Positions 37,175 to 49,815 of a stretch of DNA of 64,000 bases are shown here, piece by piece. Location of the stretch: the NCBI GenBank assembly GCA_030390025.1, contig CM059432.1, positions 2,170,001-2,234,000 on the forward strand, written 5' to 3'. This DNA comes from Squalus acanthias (Eukaryota). How positions within the stretch are numbered: position 1 is the first letter of the stretch; every line of letters begins with the position of its first letter. Below the pieces are notes generated by a model. That model worked only from the letters and a program-made list of their open reading frames with translations, was not told the DNA's origin and did not search any database. The position numbers were made by a program, and so were the translations under genes.

Positions 37175-37785
37175 TTTTTATTCGTTTTATAGGATGTGGG
37201 CGTCGCTGGCAAGGCCAGCATTTATTGCTCATCCCTAATTGCCCTTGAGAAGGTGGTGGTGAGCCGCCTTCTTGAACCGCTGCAGTCCGTGTGGTGAAGG
37301 TGCTCCCACAGTGCTGTTAGAGAGGGAATTCCAGGATTTTGACCCAGCGATGATGAAGGAACGGCGATATACTTCTAAGTCAGGATGATGTGTGACTTGG
37401 AGGGGAACTTGGAGGTGGTGGTGTTTCCATGCGCCTGCTACCCTTGTCCTTCTAGGTGGTAGAGGTCGCGGGTTTGGGAGGTGCTGCCGAAGGAGCCTTG
37501 GCGAGTTGCTGCAGTGCATCTTGTAGATGGTACACACTGCAGCCACGGTGCGCCGGTGGTGGAGGGAGTGAATGTTTAAGGTGCTAGAGGGGGTGCCAAT
37601 CAAGCGGGCTGCTTTGTCCTGGATGGCGTCGAGCTTCTTGAGTGTTGTTGATGGTGGTGGTGGAGTCGGTGATGGTAATGCCGTTGAATGTCAGGGGGAG
37701 GTGTTTAGACTCTCTCTTGTTGGAGATAGTTATTGCCTGGCACTTGTGTGGCGCAAATGTTACCTGCCACTTAACGGCCAAGCCT
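37175..37785 (-). mobile_element. Third LINE family 3' fragment
   Basis: KWQVTFAPHKCQ; HSLHHRRTVAAV; WNSL. Confidence 0.8.
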
Positions 37786-38064
37786 GAACATCATCCAGGT
37801 CTTGCAATGATTATCAAGCCTCTGAAAACTCATAGTGTGACACCCCGAGTTACACATGCAGTAATGCACAGTGCACAGGAAATTCACTTACTATAGGTGG
37901 TAACACCACACGCTAACTGCAGATGAAAATAACCACATGCAGATAAATTAATCAGTGCATTGTTTTTTGGCCGAGTATCGTGTACAGACAGTGGTGATTC
38001 AGCATTGTAAAACGGGCAACTCTGGAGCCCAAACGACTGCTTAATAATTTAATTCTTAAAGCAC

Positions 38065-38925
38065 GTTACAACTTCCATTTATTTATACAGCGCCATTAAC
38101 GTAGTAAAACGTCCCAAGGTGCTTCACAGGAGCAATTATCAGATATAATTTGACACCCAGCCACGTAAGGTATTAGGGCCGATGACCAAAAGCTTGGTCA
38201 AAGAGGTAGGTTTTAAGGAGCGTCTTCAAGGAGGAGAGAGCGGTAGAGGGGCGGAGACGGTTAGGGAGGGAATTCCAGAGCTCAGGGCCCAGGCAGCTGA
38301 AGGCACGGCCACCAATGGTGAAGCGATGGAAATCGGGGGGGTGGGGGGGAGGCGGTGGAAGAGGCCAGAATTGGAGGTTACTGTGCACAGTTTTGGTCTC
38401 CTTATCTAAGGAAGGATATACTTGCCTTGGAGGTGGTGCAACAAAGGTTCACTAGATTGATTCCTGGGATGAGAGGGCTGTCCTATGATGAGAGATTGAG
38501 TAGAATGGGCCTACACTCTCTGGAGTTTAGAAGAATGAGAGGTGATCTCATTGACACATACAAGATTCTGAGGGGATTGACAGGGTAGTTGCTGAGAGGT
38601 TGTTTCCCCTGGTTGGAGTATCTGGAACTAGGGGCCACAGTCTCAGGATAAGGGGTCGGTATTTAAGACTGAGATGAGGAGGAATTTCTTCACTCAGATG
38701 GTGGTGAATCTTTGGAATTCTCTGCCCCAGAGGGCTGTGGATGCGGAGTCTTTGAGTATATTCAGGGCTGAGATCGATAGATTTTTGGACTCTAGGGGAA
38801 TCGAGGGATATGGGGATCGGGCGGGAAAGTGGAGTTGAGGTCGAAGATCAGCCATGATCTTATTGAATGGTGGAGCAGGCTCGAGGGGCCATATGGCCGA
38901 CTCCTGCTCCTAATTCTTATGTTCT
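38065..38925. mobile_element. L2 (minus, 38065-38378) abutting CR1 (plus, 38379-38925)
   Basis: GGRAFSCLGPELWNSLP; YCAQFWSPYLRKDILALE. Confidence 0.88.
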
Positions 38926-39249
38926 TAAATACAAATAACGCCCGCCGTCTGTGTTTAGAAAAAGTCCTTGATACTTCTTTTGGTTTCCTCTCCTCTCATC
39001 AGCTTAGACTGAACTGAATAGAATAGTCTTTGAATAAAAAGTGGGCAAAGGATTTGCTTTGGCTGCTACCGGCCAGAGGTAGGGCATAATGAGCTAATAA
39101 ACTTAAAAGGCATTGGGAGGAATACCAAGGTAACCAGGAAAGTTCTGAAGATGCGTCTCCTCTCTCAGCTCCGTTACAGGAAGGTACCCAGTCTTTCAGT
39201 TGGGACAATGCTCGATTAAAAGACACACATGGCACTAATATCACCAAAA

Positions 39250-39710
39250 AGGAAGAACTTGAATTTATTTCGCACCTTTCACGAGCTCAAGACATCCCAA
39301 AGCACTTTACAGCCAAATAATTACTTTTTGAAGTGTAGTCACTGTTCTAAAGTAGGAAACGCGGCAGCCAATTTACGCACAGCAAGCTCCCACAAACAGC
39401 AATGTGATAATGACCAGATCATCTGTTTTTTAGTGATGTTGGTTGAGGGATAAATATCGGCCCAGGGCACCGGGGAGAACTCCCCTGCTCTTCTTCGAAA
39501 TAGCGGGCCGTGGGATCTTTTACGTCCACCAGAGAGACAGACGGGGCCTCGGTTTAACGCCTCATCTGAAAGACGGCACCTCCGTCAGGGCGGCGCTCCC
39601 TCAGCACGGCACTGGGAGTGTCAGCCTGGATTTTGTGCTCAAATCTCTGGAGTGGGGCTTGAACCCACAACCTTCTGACTCAGGTGAGGGGGCTACCCAC
39701 TGAGCCACGG
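39250..39710 (-). mobile_element. Near full-length DeuSINE
   Basis: Same family as 2325. Confidence 0.88.
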
Positions 39711-39850
39711 TGATGGAGCGAAAGGGAGGGCTTTCAGGGTCCATTATCTTTTACTTTCCAACCAACATCATGTGTTTTTAAATAATCCAGTGCAGTGGAA
39801 AACACCCCCCCCAGATTATGTCTGCATTGTGCCTGACCCAAAGATACAAA

Positions 39851-40062
39851 TGTGAGAAGTCGCACAACACCAGGTTATAGTCCAACAGCTTTATTTGAAA
39901 TCACAAGCTTTCGGAGCGCTGCTCCTTCGTCAGGTGAAGTCACCTGACGAAGGAGCAGCGCTCCGAAAGCTTGTGATTTCAAATAAAGCTGTTGGACTAT
40001 AACCTGGTTTTGTGCGACTTCTCACTTTTGTCCACCCCAGTCCAACACCGGCATCTCCACAT
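39851..40062. mobile_element. Penelope-like pLTR fold-back insertion (family 1)
   Basis: 86-bp arms 39852-39937 / 39940-40025 with 1 mismatch; TSD CAAAGATACAAA at 39839-39850 and 40063-40074. Confidence 0.78.
39941..39975 (+). ncRNA. Minimal hammerhead ribozyme motif (mirrored on the minus strand)
   Basis: CAC-CUGACGA-A-GGAGC agc GCUCC-GAAA-GC-UU-GUG. Confidence 0.68.
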
Positions 40063-41073
40063 CAAAGATACAAAGATACGGGGCATTGTTGGCAGTATAG
40101 ATGGAAGCATAAAATTATAAAGAGATATTAATAGATTAAGCGAATGGGCAAAACTGTGGCAAATGGATTTCAATGTAGGCAAATCTGAGGTCATCCATTT
40201 AGGAGCTAAAAAGGACAGAAGAGAGAAATGGTGAAAAGCTAGAAGCAGTGGAGGTCCAAAGAGACTTGGGCGGGTTCAGGTACATCGATCATTAAAATGT
40301 CATGGACAGGTACAAAAAATCAGAAAGGTTAATGGGATGCTGGCCTTTATATCGAGAGGACTAGAATACAGGGACCTGGGAGTTAATGTGCATAGGTCCC
40401 TGAAGGTAGCGGGACATATTGAGAGAGTGGTTAGCACAGCATATGGGATCTTGGGCTTCATAAATAGAGATATTGAGTACAAAAGTAGAGAAGTTATGCT
40501 GAACCTTTATAAAGCTCTGGTTAGGCCACAACTGGAGTATTGCGTCCAGTTCTGGTCACCACACTTTAGGAAGGATGTGAAGGCCCTCGAGAGGGTGCGG
40601 AGGAGATTTACCAGAATGGTTCCGGGGATGGGGGATCTTAGCTACAAGGACAGGGTGGAGAAGCTGGATTTGTTTTCATTAGAGCAAAGGAGGTTGAGGG
40701 GTGATTTGATAGAGGTGTACAAGATTATGATGGGTTTGGATAGGCTAGACGGGGAAAGGCTGTTCCCACTAGTTGATGGTACAAGGACTAGGGGACTCAG
40801 ATTTAAGGTATTGGGCAAGAGATACAGGGGGGATGTGAGGAAAACCTTTTTTACGCAGCGAGTGGTGAGGACCTGGAACTCGCTGCCGATGGAAGTGGTG
40901 GAAACGGAGACACTCAATGTTTTCAAGGGGCAACTGGATAGGCACTTGAGGGAAATAAACTTGCAGGGCTACGGGGATAGAGCGGGGGAATGGGACTGAC
41001 TGGATTGCTCTACAGAGAGCCGGCACGGACTCGATGGGCCGAATGGCCTCCTTCTGTGCCGTTATGACTCTAT
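40063..41073 (+). mobile_element. Composite CR1 (older 5' piece joined near 40370 to a younger 3' piece)
   Basis: ORF 40337-40999 is the CR1 ORF2 C-terminus; the ..FISRGLEY / ..FINRDIEY segment occurs twice. Confidence 0.88.
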
Positions 41074-41965
41074 GGGGGAGAAATTCAGTATCGCCCCATT
41101 TGGGGCGCAATTATCGGCTGGGCGCAAAGATTAGCGCCTGGCGATAATTATCTCCACCGACTGCAAACTTGACTTTTATCGCCCCTGGGGGTGATTGGAG
41201 CGCTAAATCAGGCGCTACACATCTGTCTTAAGGCACAAAGGTCGAGGAGCGAGGCGCTACCTCAGAGCACTGGCGAAGCTCATGTGATGTCAGTCAGCAA
41301 TGGATCACACACACAATGGCACGGGCCAGTTCCTAAAGGGGAGGGTTGATCTTGCTTTCCATCCACATCCTGCTCATTGCAGCCTTGAATCTCGGCCTGG
41401 AGAGACCTGCACATCAAATCTGCTGGAAAGAACAATGGAGAGTACCAGGGAAAGAGCTCAGAATGCCGCCCCCACAGTCTCTTCTAAATCGATACAAGGA
41501 AGGGCAAATCAAAATGAACCTGCAAAGTGCTGCTCAGTACCCAAAACTACTTCACACACCGTTGAATTTTCCAGAAGTCTCTCTCTCTCTCTCTCTCTCA
41601 GAATGCGTGGTTCAAAAATGTCATCAATAAAAGGCAGGAAGCGGTCGCCTTTAAATAGCGCTCCCCAGTCCCTTCCTGACTGCAAAACGCTCCTTTCAAA
41701 CTGTCGTTGCTAGCAGCAGGCGGTAAGGCAGGGGGCGCCACTCAATATCCGCTCCGGGGCGATACCGGGGCGTTGCGAACTCGACTGACGTCACGATCTG
41801 CTGGCGCAGGAGATCGTGGTGGTAGTGTTTAGCGCCGCCGCAAAATGTCTAGTTAATTTCGCGAGCAGCGCAAACATCGCCGCACCCGGGCGCTAGATGC
41901 TTTGCACCCCATTAGCGCCCTCTTAAGGCGCTAACGGGAGGCGCAACCAACTGAATTTTTCCCCC
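41074..41965. mobile_element. Non-autonomous PIF/Harbinger-like DNA transposon
   Basis: TIRs GGGGGAGAAATTCAGT / ACTGAATTTTTCCCCC; 3-bp TSD TAT; many GCGCC/GGCGC subterminal motifs. Confidence 0.75.
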
Positions 41966-41976
41966 TATGACTCCAT

Positions 41977-42560
41977 AAGTTATGCTACAGCTGTACAAAG
42001 CCTGGTTAGACCACACCTGGAGCACTGTGAGCAGTTCTGGGCACCACACCGTAGGAAGGATATATTGGCCTTGGAGGGAGTGCAGCGCAGGTTTACCAGA
42101 ATGATACCCGGGCTTCAAGGGTTAAATTACGAGGAGAGATTACACAAACTAGGGTTGTATTCCCTGGAATTTAGAAGGTTAAGGGGTGATCTGATCAACA
42201 TTTTCAAGATATTAAGGGGAACAGATAGGGTGGATAGAGAGAAACTATTTCCACTGGTTGGGGATTCTAGGACTAGGGCATAGTCTAAAAATTAGAGCCC
42301 GACCTTTCAGGAGTGAAATTAGGAAACACTTCTACACACAAAGGGTGGTGGAAGTTTGGAACTCTCTTCCGCAAACGGCAATTGATGCTAAATCAATTGT
42401 TGATTTTAAATCGGAGATTGATACCTTTTCATTAACTAAAGGTATTAAGGGATATGGGGCAAAGGCGGGTATATGGAGTTAGGTCACAGATCAGCCATGA
42501 TCTCATTGAATGGCGGAACAGGCTTGAGGGGCTGAATGGCCTCCTCCTGCTCCTATGTTC
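41977..42560 (+). mobile_element. CR1-type LINE 3' fragment
   Basis: ORFs 42065 and 42258. Confidence 0.9.
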
Positions 42561-43164
42561 CAAAGCCTTTACACGCTGACAAACTGCAATTCACACGGTT
42601 CCCACACACACAGTAAATTCAAACCTTGGTGACAATGAAAATTTCACCTAGCGTAAACTTTCTGGTGATTTTAAATCTTAAAAACAAAACTAGATACCGC
42701 AAGTGAACCAAATGTTTTAAAGAGTTCACCTTCACAGCAAGTAGGACTTTTGGTCGGTGGCAGGATGATGTCACACAAGATTCAAAAGAGAATTGGATAA
42801 AAACTTGAAGGGAAAAATTTGCAGGGCTATGAGGAGAGAGCCGAATTGGAGAGCTCTTTCAAAGAGCCAGCACAGGCCCGATGGGCCGAATGGCCTCCTC
42901 CTGTGCTGTGCCATTCTATGATTCTTCGGTAAAATGAGATGGTAGTGTAATGCGGTACTATGGCCTTAACATAGGGGATAATGCTACACCATTACTCTCC
43001 TCTCCTCTCACCCTTGGGAAAAAGCATTGTATTGTTAGCCCACTTAAGCAGCCTTTTTTTTTAAGACCGTGTTATTTTCAACAAAGGTCTTCTATGAATT
43101 GTATATGAATCGTATATGAATCAATGTGTTACAGTGATCATGTCGCCTCTTGACTGGTAAGTCT

Positions 43165-43666
43165 TTTTATTCGCTCCTGGGATGTGGGTGTCGCTGGCAA
43201 GGTCGGCATTTATTGCCCATCCCTAATCGCCCTTGAGAAGGTGGTGGTGAGCCGCCTTCTTGAACCGCTGCAGTCTGTGTGGTGAAGGTGCTCCCACAGT
43301 GCGGTCAGGGAGGGAGTTCCAGGATTTTGACCCAGCGACGATGAAGGAATGGCCAATATATTTCCAAGTCAGGATGGTGTGTGACTTGGAGGGGAACTTG
43401 GAGGTGGTGGTGTTCCCATACGCCTGCTGCCCTTGTCCTTCTAGGTGGTAGAGGTCGCGGGTTTGGGAGGTGCTGCCGAAGAAGCCTTGGTGAGTTGCTG
43501 CAGTTCATCTTGTAGATGGTACACACTGCAGCCACGGTGCGCCGGTGGTGGAGGGAGTGAATATTTAAGGTTTAAGGTGGCGGATGGGCTGTCGATCAAG
43601 CGGGCTGCTTTGTCCTGGATGGTGTCGAGCTTCTTGAGTGTTGTTGGAGCTGCACTCATCCAGGCA
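43165..43666 (-). mobile_element. Third LINE family 3' fragment
   Basis: MSAAPTTLKKLDTIQDKAARLI; same family as 10537. Confidence 0.8.
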
Positions 43667-44184
43667 ATGTTTTTAACTGCACTGTCTACATAAAAGTTGT
43701 CGGTAAATCTTAATTTGGTTTGTTGAGAGCAAATGTCTGTGTTATTTTTATTGGGTGACCTCCTACGTTAGTGATGCACTGGCCCCGAATCTGCTGGAGG
43801 TGGGGTCTCAGGGTGAGGGTTGTGAGTTGCATCTGTTGTTTCACTCCTTCAGCCCCAATTAACTTTGCGCCAGAAATTGCTGGAAGTGCAAGCCGGTGAA
43901 TTCAACGGGGCATCTGGGACCTCGGTGAGCGACGGGACCAACAGTCTATCTCCTTAACCAATGAGATTGAAGGATTGAGAAAGAAACAGAGGAACGACGG
44001 AGAAGGAAATCGGGTGAATTCGAGTCAAATTAGATACAGAAAGAGAGGGAAAAAAATGTTGGATTAAGAGAGAAAAAGAGAGACAGAAAGGAAAAGTAAG
44101 ATCACTTTTTTTTAATAAATTAATTGAAAAAACCTCCAGGAACGATTTACTACCTCCAGGAATGAGACTCCAGAGTTTCAATTA

Positions 44185-44900
44185 ATAACATAAGAATTAG
44201 GAGCTGGAGGCGGCCATCCGGTCGCTCGAGCCTGCTCCGCCATTCAATAAGATCATGGCTGATCTTCGACCTCAACTCCACTTTGAATATTAAGGGAATC
44301 AAGGGATATGGGGATAGTGCAGGAAAGTTGAGATGAGGTAGAAGATCAGCCATGGTCTTACTGAATGGCGGAGCAGGCTCAAGTGGCCAAATGGCCGACT
44401 CCTGCTCCTATTTCTTATGTTCTTATGTTTCCCGCACTAGCCCCATATCCCTTGATTCCTTTAGTGTCCACAAATCTATCGATCTCTGTCTTGAATATAC
44501 TCAACGACTGAGCCTCCACAGCCCTCTGGAGAAGAGAATTCCAAAGATTCACCACCCTCTGAGTGAAGACATTTTTCCTCATCTCAGTCCTAAATGGCCG
44601 ACCCCTTATCCTGAGACTGTGACCCCTGGTTCTAGACTCCCCAGCCAGGGGAAACAACCTCCCTGCATCTACCCTGTCAAGCCCTGTAAGAATTTTGTAT
44701 GTTTCAATTAGATCAATTCTCATTCTTCTAAACTCCAGAGAATACAGGCCTAGTCTACTCAATCTCTCCTCATAGGACAACCCTCTCATCCCAGGAATCA
44801 ATCTAGTGAACCTTTGTTGCACCGCCTCAATGGCAAGGAGACCAAAACTGTACACAGTACTCCAGATGTGGTCTCACCAAAGCGCTAAATAATTGCAGCA
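44185..44900. mobile_element. CR1 cluster (two short tails and a minus-strand copy at 44430-44900)
   Basis: ORF 44415-44855. Confidence 0.85.
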
Positions 44901-45315
44901 AGGCACTTTACAGCCTTCCAGACTCAACATTGAGTTCAACAATTTCAGATCATAACCTCTGCCCTTATTTTTTCCACATGGCAGCTGTTGGTAATGATTC
45001 TGTTATTCCCATTCACACTTCATCTAGACCCATCTTTTGTTCCTTAACTTGTCCCATTACCATCTCCTTTTGCCTTGCACCATCATCCCTTTTGTCATTT
45101 AATCTCTCCTGCCTTCCACCCCATCACAGACCTTCCCTTTTGTTCTTTCCTCCCCTCCTCCCTTTCCCTGCCTTCGGTACTTGTTTAAAATCTGTCACAT
45201 CTCCAACTTTTTCCAGTTCTGACAAAGGGTCATTGACCTGAAACGTTGACTCTGTTTCTCTCTCCACAGACACTGCCTGACCTGCTGAGTGTTTCCAGCG
45301 TTTTCTGTTTTTATT
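44901..45315 (+). mobile_element. Penelope-like element 3' end (family 2)
   Basis: GTLQPSRLNIEFNNFRS*, then a UTR homologous to 6926-7400; degenerate hammerhead at 45215-45251. Confidence 0.78.
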
Positions 45316-45929
45316 ACACCTCTTAATCTTCTATATTCCAGGGAATACCAGCCTAGTCTATGTAGTTTCTCCTCATTAAGCTGAGTGGCCTTGCGGAGTT
45401 AAAGCACTTCTGAAAATTAGCCGTTGTTGCCCTTTCTGGTGAAGTGAGCCGAACTTGCGTGTCCAGAATTCTCAGACTAGCTGTAATAATCTTGACAGAA
45501 GTCTCTCAAAGAGCCGGCACGGGCACGATGGGCCGAACGGCCCTCTTCTGCGTTGTAAGGTTGATTTGGAACTGACTATCGGTCGCTGCGTGTAACGGGC
45601 GGCCGATCCGATACCACCCGTGTGGCGTCACTGCCCAAGGCTGATTTCTAGCCCTATGATTCGAAGCATGAAAGGAGTTGTGAAGCATTTCGCTTATGAA
45701 TCCAAAGATGGGGACCAGTTTTTTTGTCGTCCCCCCCCCGTCCCATTTGTACTCTGCGTAAATGTGTCACTGGGGAGGAGACTCCAGTACTCGGAGAACC
45801 AATGCTGTCCAAATGGAAAATGTAGCTATCAGGGGTCAGGTTTTCCAATCTAATGTTTTTTTTAAAAAAGAAAACAATGTCCAGTGGTGAAGTCAATCCT
45901 TTCATTACATTATTCACATTTCTCTCCAC

Positions 45930-46195
45930 TTACACAGAATATTACATCGAGTCTACAGCACTGAAACAGGCCATTCGGCCCAACTGGTCCGTGCCGGTGT
46001 TTCTGCTCCACACGAGCCTCCTCCCACCCCTCTTCATCTCACCCCATCAGCATATCCTTCTATTCCTTTCTCCCTCATGTACTTATCTAGCTTCCCCTTG
46101 AATGCATCTCTGCTATTGGCCTCAACCACTCCCTGTGGTAGCGAGTTCCACATTCTCACCGCTCTCTGGGTAAAGGAGTTTCTCCTGAATTCCTT
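45930..46195 (-). mobile_element. CR1 3' end
   Basis: Matches the 32057 subfamily. Confidence 0.85.
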
Positions 46196-46476
46196 ATCAG
46201 CAAGATTTCTTTCTCCTAACTTGTGTATTTTTTTTTCTTACTTTCCCCTGAGGAACCGGTTCAATCTGTAATTACCCGTTTATACCTCCCGGGTTTTAGC
46301 GTCAGCTCTTGCAGCAAAGAATTCTGGTTAAAATGATCTGGCTGAATTCTACAAATTTCTGTGCACAATCCCATCCACCCGCCTCCCCCCCCCATCCACC
46401 CCTCCCATAACTTTGTTCTGTTTGCTATTGATTTCTGTTCCAATACCTGTATTATTACTGTGCTTGTAAGAAGGTT

Positions 46477-47080
46477 AGGAACATAGGAACAGGAGTCGGC
46501 CATTCAGCCCCTCGAGCCTGCTCCGCCATTCAATGAGATCATGTCTGATCTGCGACCCAACTCCATACACCCGTCTTTGCCCCATATCCCTTAATACCTT
46601 TGGTTAAAAAAAAAATCAATCTCAGATTTAAAATTAATTGATTTAGCATCAATTGCTGTTTGTGGAAGAGAGTTCCAAATTTCCACCACCCTTTGTGTGT
46701 TGAAGTGTTTCCTAATTTCACTCCTGAAAGGTCTGGCTCTAATTTTTAGACTATGCCCCCTAGTCCTAGAATCCCCAACAAGCAGAAATAGTTTCTCTCT
46801 CTCTACCCAATATGTTCCACTTAATATCCTGAAAACGTCGATAAAATCACCCCTTAACCTTCTAAATTCCAGGGAATACAGCCCTAGTTTGTGTAATCTC
46901 TCCTCGTAATTTAACCCTTGGAGTCTGGGTATCATTCTGGTAAACCTACGCTGCACTCCCTCCATGGCCAATATATCCTTCCTAAGGTGTGGTGCCCAGA
47001 ACTGCTCCCAGTACTCCAGGTGTGGTCTAACCAGGGCTTTGTACAGCTGCAGCATAACTTCTACCCCCTTGTATTCTAGG
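46477..47080 (-). mobile_element. CR1-type LINE 3' fragment
   Basis: ORF 46591-47118. Confidence 0.9.
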
Positions 47081-47324
47081 TTGAATTGGAATGAGTGGTC
47101 ACATGTTCTGCTCCTCACCCTTTAACGTTGGGGGGGGGCGGGGGTTGGGGGGCGCCGGTGGAGGGAAAATGTGATTTAATTTGACCTCTTTACAGCAGCA
47201 CCACTAACAGTGTAAAGGGTGAAAAGCTGGAATCTGTTAATCATAGAATCATACAGCACAGGGGGAGGCCACTCGGCCCATCGTGCCTGTGCTGGCTCTT
47301 TGAAAGAGCTCTCCATTTAGTCCC

Positions 47325-47718
47325 GGTGGCATAGTGGTTAGCACTGGTGCCTCACAGCGCCAGGGACCCGGGTTCGAATCCGGCCTCGGGTGACTGTCTG
47401 TGTGGAGTTTGCACATTCTCCCCGTGTCTGCGTGGGTTTCCTCCGGGTGCTCCGGTTTCCTCCCACAGTCCAAAAATGTGCGGGTTAGGTTGATTTGGCT
47501 ATGATAAATTGACCCTTAGTGTTAGGGGGGGGATTAAATATGTGGGGTTACGGGGATAGGGTGGGATACGTGTCGGTGCAGGCTCGATGGGGATTCTGTG
47601 TAGGAAAAGCAGGGACAGGGTACTGGATTTGGATGATCAGCCATGATCGTATTGAATGGTGGAGCAGGCTCAACGGGCCGAATGGCCTACTCCTGCTCCT
47701 AGTTTCTATGTTTCTATG
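47325..47718 (+). mobile_element. V-SINE (HE1-like) with CR1-derived tail, inserted in a CR1 UTR
   Basis: A box TGGCATAGTGG, B box GGTTCGAATCC, V core TGTGTGGAGTTTGCACATTCTCCCCGTGTCTGCGTGGGTTTCCTCCGGG. Confidence 0.9.
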
Positions 47719-49470
47719 TCCCACTCCCCCCCCCTGCCCTTGCCCCATTAGCTCTGCACATTTTCTCTCCTTTAAGGACTGTCAGAATGTTTTATAAATG
47801 TTATTTTGAACGAATGCCAGAATGCGAACCGACCCTTTTAATTCGGAGAAGGATCATCGTAACACAAGCTTAGTGAAGTTTAAGGTAAAGGTCTTGCCTG
47901 TTTTATGTGGGTTAGCACTCTCCACTCTCGGGCATTGCGCTAGCAATGATTGTAACTTCCTGTAATGAGTGTCCATTTTGCCTGTAGTTGTTGTTTTTCG
48001 TGAGTGCTTTCGTGCTTTTGAGGTCCATCAATTTTTCAAAGAAGCGCCACTCAGCCTCTTCTGTCGAGATGTTTTTCCTCTCTCTCTCTCTCTCTCCCCT
48101 TCACTTCATTTCACTCTTTCCCATATCGATGTGTTCATCAGTGCCCGAGCTCGTCAGTATTCTGTTCCTGTCTATTGTAAAGTGATTTTGCCCAGACAAG
48201 TCTAGCTCAGGGTGAAGTGCTCTCCCCGGAGAGCCTACTCTGCAGCCCCAGGTCGCTACTGCCATGAATACATTATTATCCCAATTTCCATCCTGTTGCC
48301 AAGGCAGCACTTTCGGAACCGCTGGGGTTATTAAGTCGTACATCACTTAATACCCTGATATGAGCAGAAGTTGGATTTAATATCAGCCTTTGATCAGATT
48401 ACCTCGCCAACAGTCAGCTGTCAGCGGGAGTATTCCGGCGCTGGCTCTGCCCTCGGAGCCTTGGCCTAGCACAAGAGGGGTCAGCAAATCTTGAAGCTTG
48501 TGGACACTTTCAATGCCTCGGGCCTCAAGTCCGGGGCGGTTAATTGTTCTCCTGACCTTTTAGCATGCCAGCCAGGCAAGTGTGTGCGTAGCGGAGGGAG
48601 GGGGTGGGGGGGGAAGGATTTATTTTTCTTTCCTCCTCTCGAGAAGTTTAGCTCTGTCCTTGTGTCATGTATTAAACATGGAAGTTTCAGGTAGAGATGA
48701 AGGGTAAAAGGATGTGTGTGTGTGTGTGTGTGTGTGTGTTTCCCCCCCCCTCCCCCCCCTCCCCTAAATGGCCAGCCTTGTGTATGCACCTAACACTTCA
48801 CTGAGCAATCTGTCAGCATGTCAGCAACACATGTTTTGTAAAAAGCCTCCAGTGGGAGTGGAGAAAGCTCCAGGCTAGGGCCGAGGAAATGCTTTGAATT
48901 CAGCAGATTTCTATTGCCGGGGTCCCCCGAGGACGTTGTTACAATGCCTACATTTCAGAAATTTGAACCCGAGACCCCTGAGGGGCTTCTTTCAGAATGC
49001 CTGAAAATGTAGAGTTATATTGTTGTGTGTCCCCAAGCGGTCTTTACTAATACCTGAATTCAGAGAAGCTGGAAATTGCGGCAAGCCCCAGGGGACAGCT
49101 TTATCCTCACCAGGAAGAGGAGAATAAGTCAACGGGGAGATTGCTTAATGCATCACTGAAATAAAAGAATTTGTGAGAGATGGGCTGAAGTGCTTTCTGG
49201 CCACTCCTTCAGCTCAGCTCAGTCCTCTTAAGACTAAGTCATGGTAAATAAGCAGCCAGGCTCTCTTTTTTTTATATTATAAAGAAATGTTAGGTGGAGC
49301 TTGCGAATCAGGGAGTGCAGAGCTAGCTGCCTTTGTGCTGGCTTCTTTCTCTAACACGTACAGCGTCTCTTCCCTCTTCTTTAAAACCACACTTTTACTG
49401 GTTCACCCGCCCCCCCCCCCCGCGCCTTTCGGCTAATTAGCCTCTCTGCCCGATGCTTTTCGCACTTTAA

Positions 49471-49591
49471 GGCCCAGAGTTTCGGCGCGGGACAGGCGCT
49501 ATCGGATCGGCCGCCCGTCATACGCAGCGCCCTGGGCGGCCCGTCCGACAGCGCCCGTCCCGCGCCGTCGCCCGTGACGAATTTCCAGCCC
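49471..49591. mobile_element. Harbinger-like MITE
   Basis: Ends GGCCCAGAGTTT / AATTTCCAGCCC; TAA on both sides; related to 51185 and 45567. Confidence 0.55.
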
Positions 49592-49647
49592 TAATTTTTG
49601 AATCCTGGTCTTTTAATCTTTGGGGGTACCCCCCCACCCCCACTACA

Positions 49648-49815
49648 GCAACAACTTGTATTTATACAGCGCCTTTAACGTAGTAAAACATCCCAAGGCG
49701 CTTCTCAGGAGCGAATATCAAACAAAATGTGTCACCGAGCCACATAAGGAGATATTAGGACAGGTGACCAAAAGCTTGGTCAAAGAGGTAGGTTTTAAGG
49801 AGCGTCTTAAAAAGG
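49648..49815 (-). mobile_element. L2 3' end
   Basis: L2 tail match. Confidence 0.85.

Noticed and set aside
41300..41713. 137-aa ORF inside the TIR element
   Set aside because: No recognisable transposase or Myb/SANT domain, and it runs through a CT microsatellite
43780..44185. Possible further DNA-transposon fragment
   Set aside because: Begins with a TIR-like GGCCCCGAAT, but I found no matching end or second copy
47325..47400. tRNA gene (also the DeuSINE heads)
   Set aside because: A/B boxes run straight into SINE cores and no complete cloverleaf is evident
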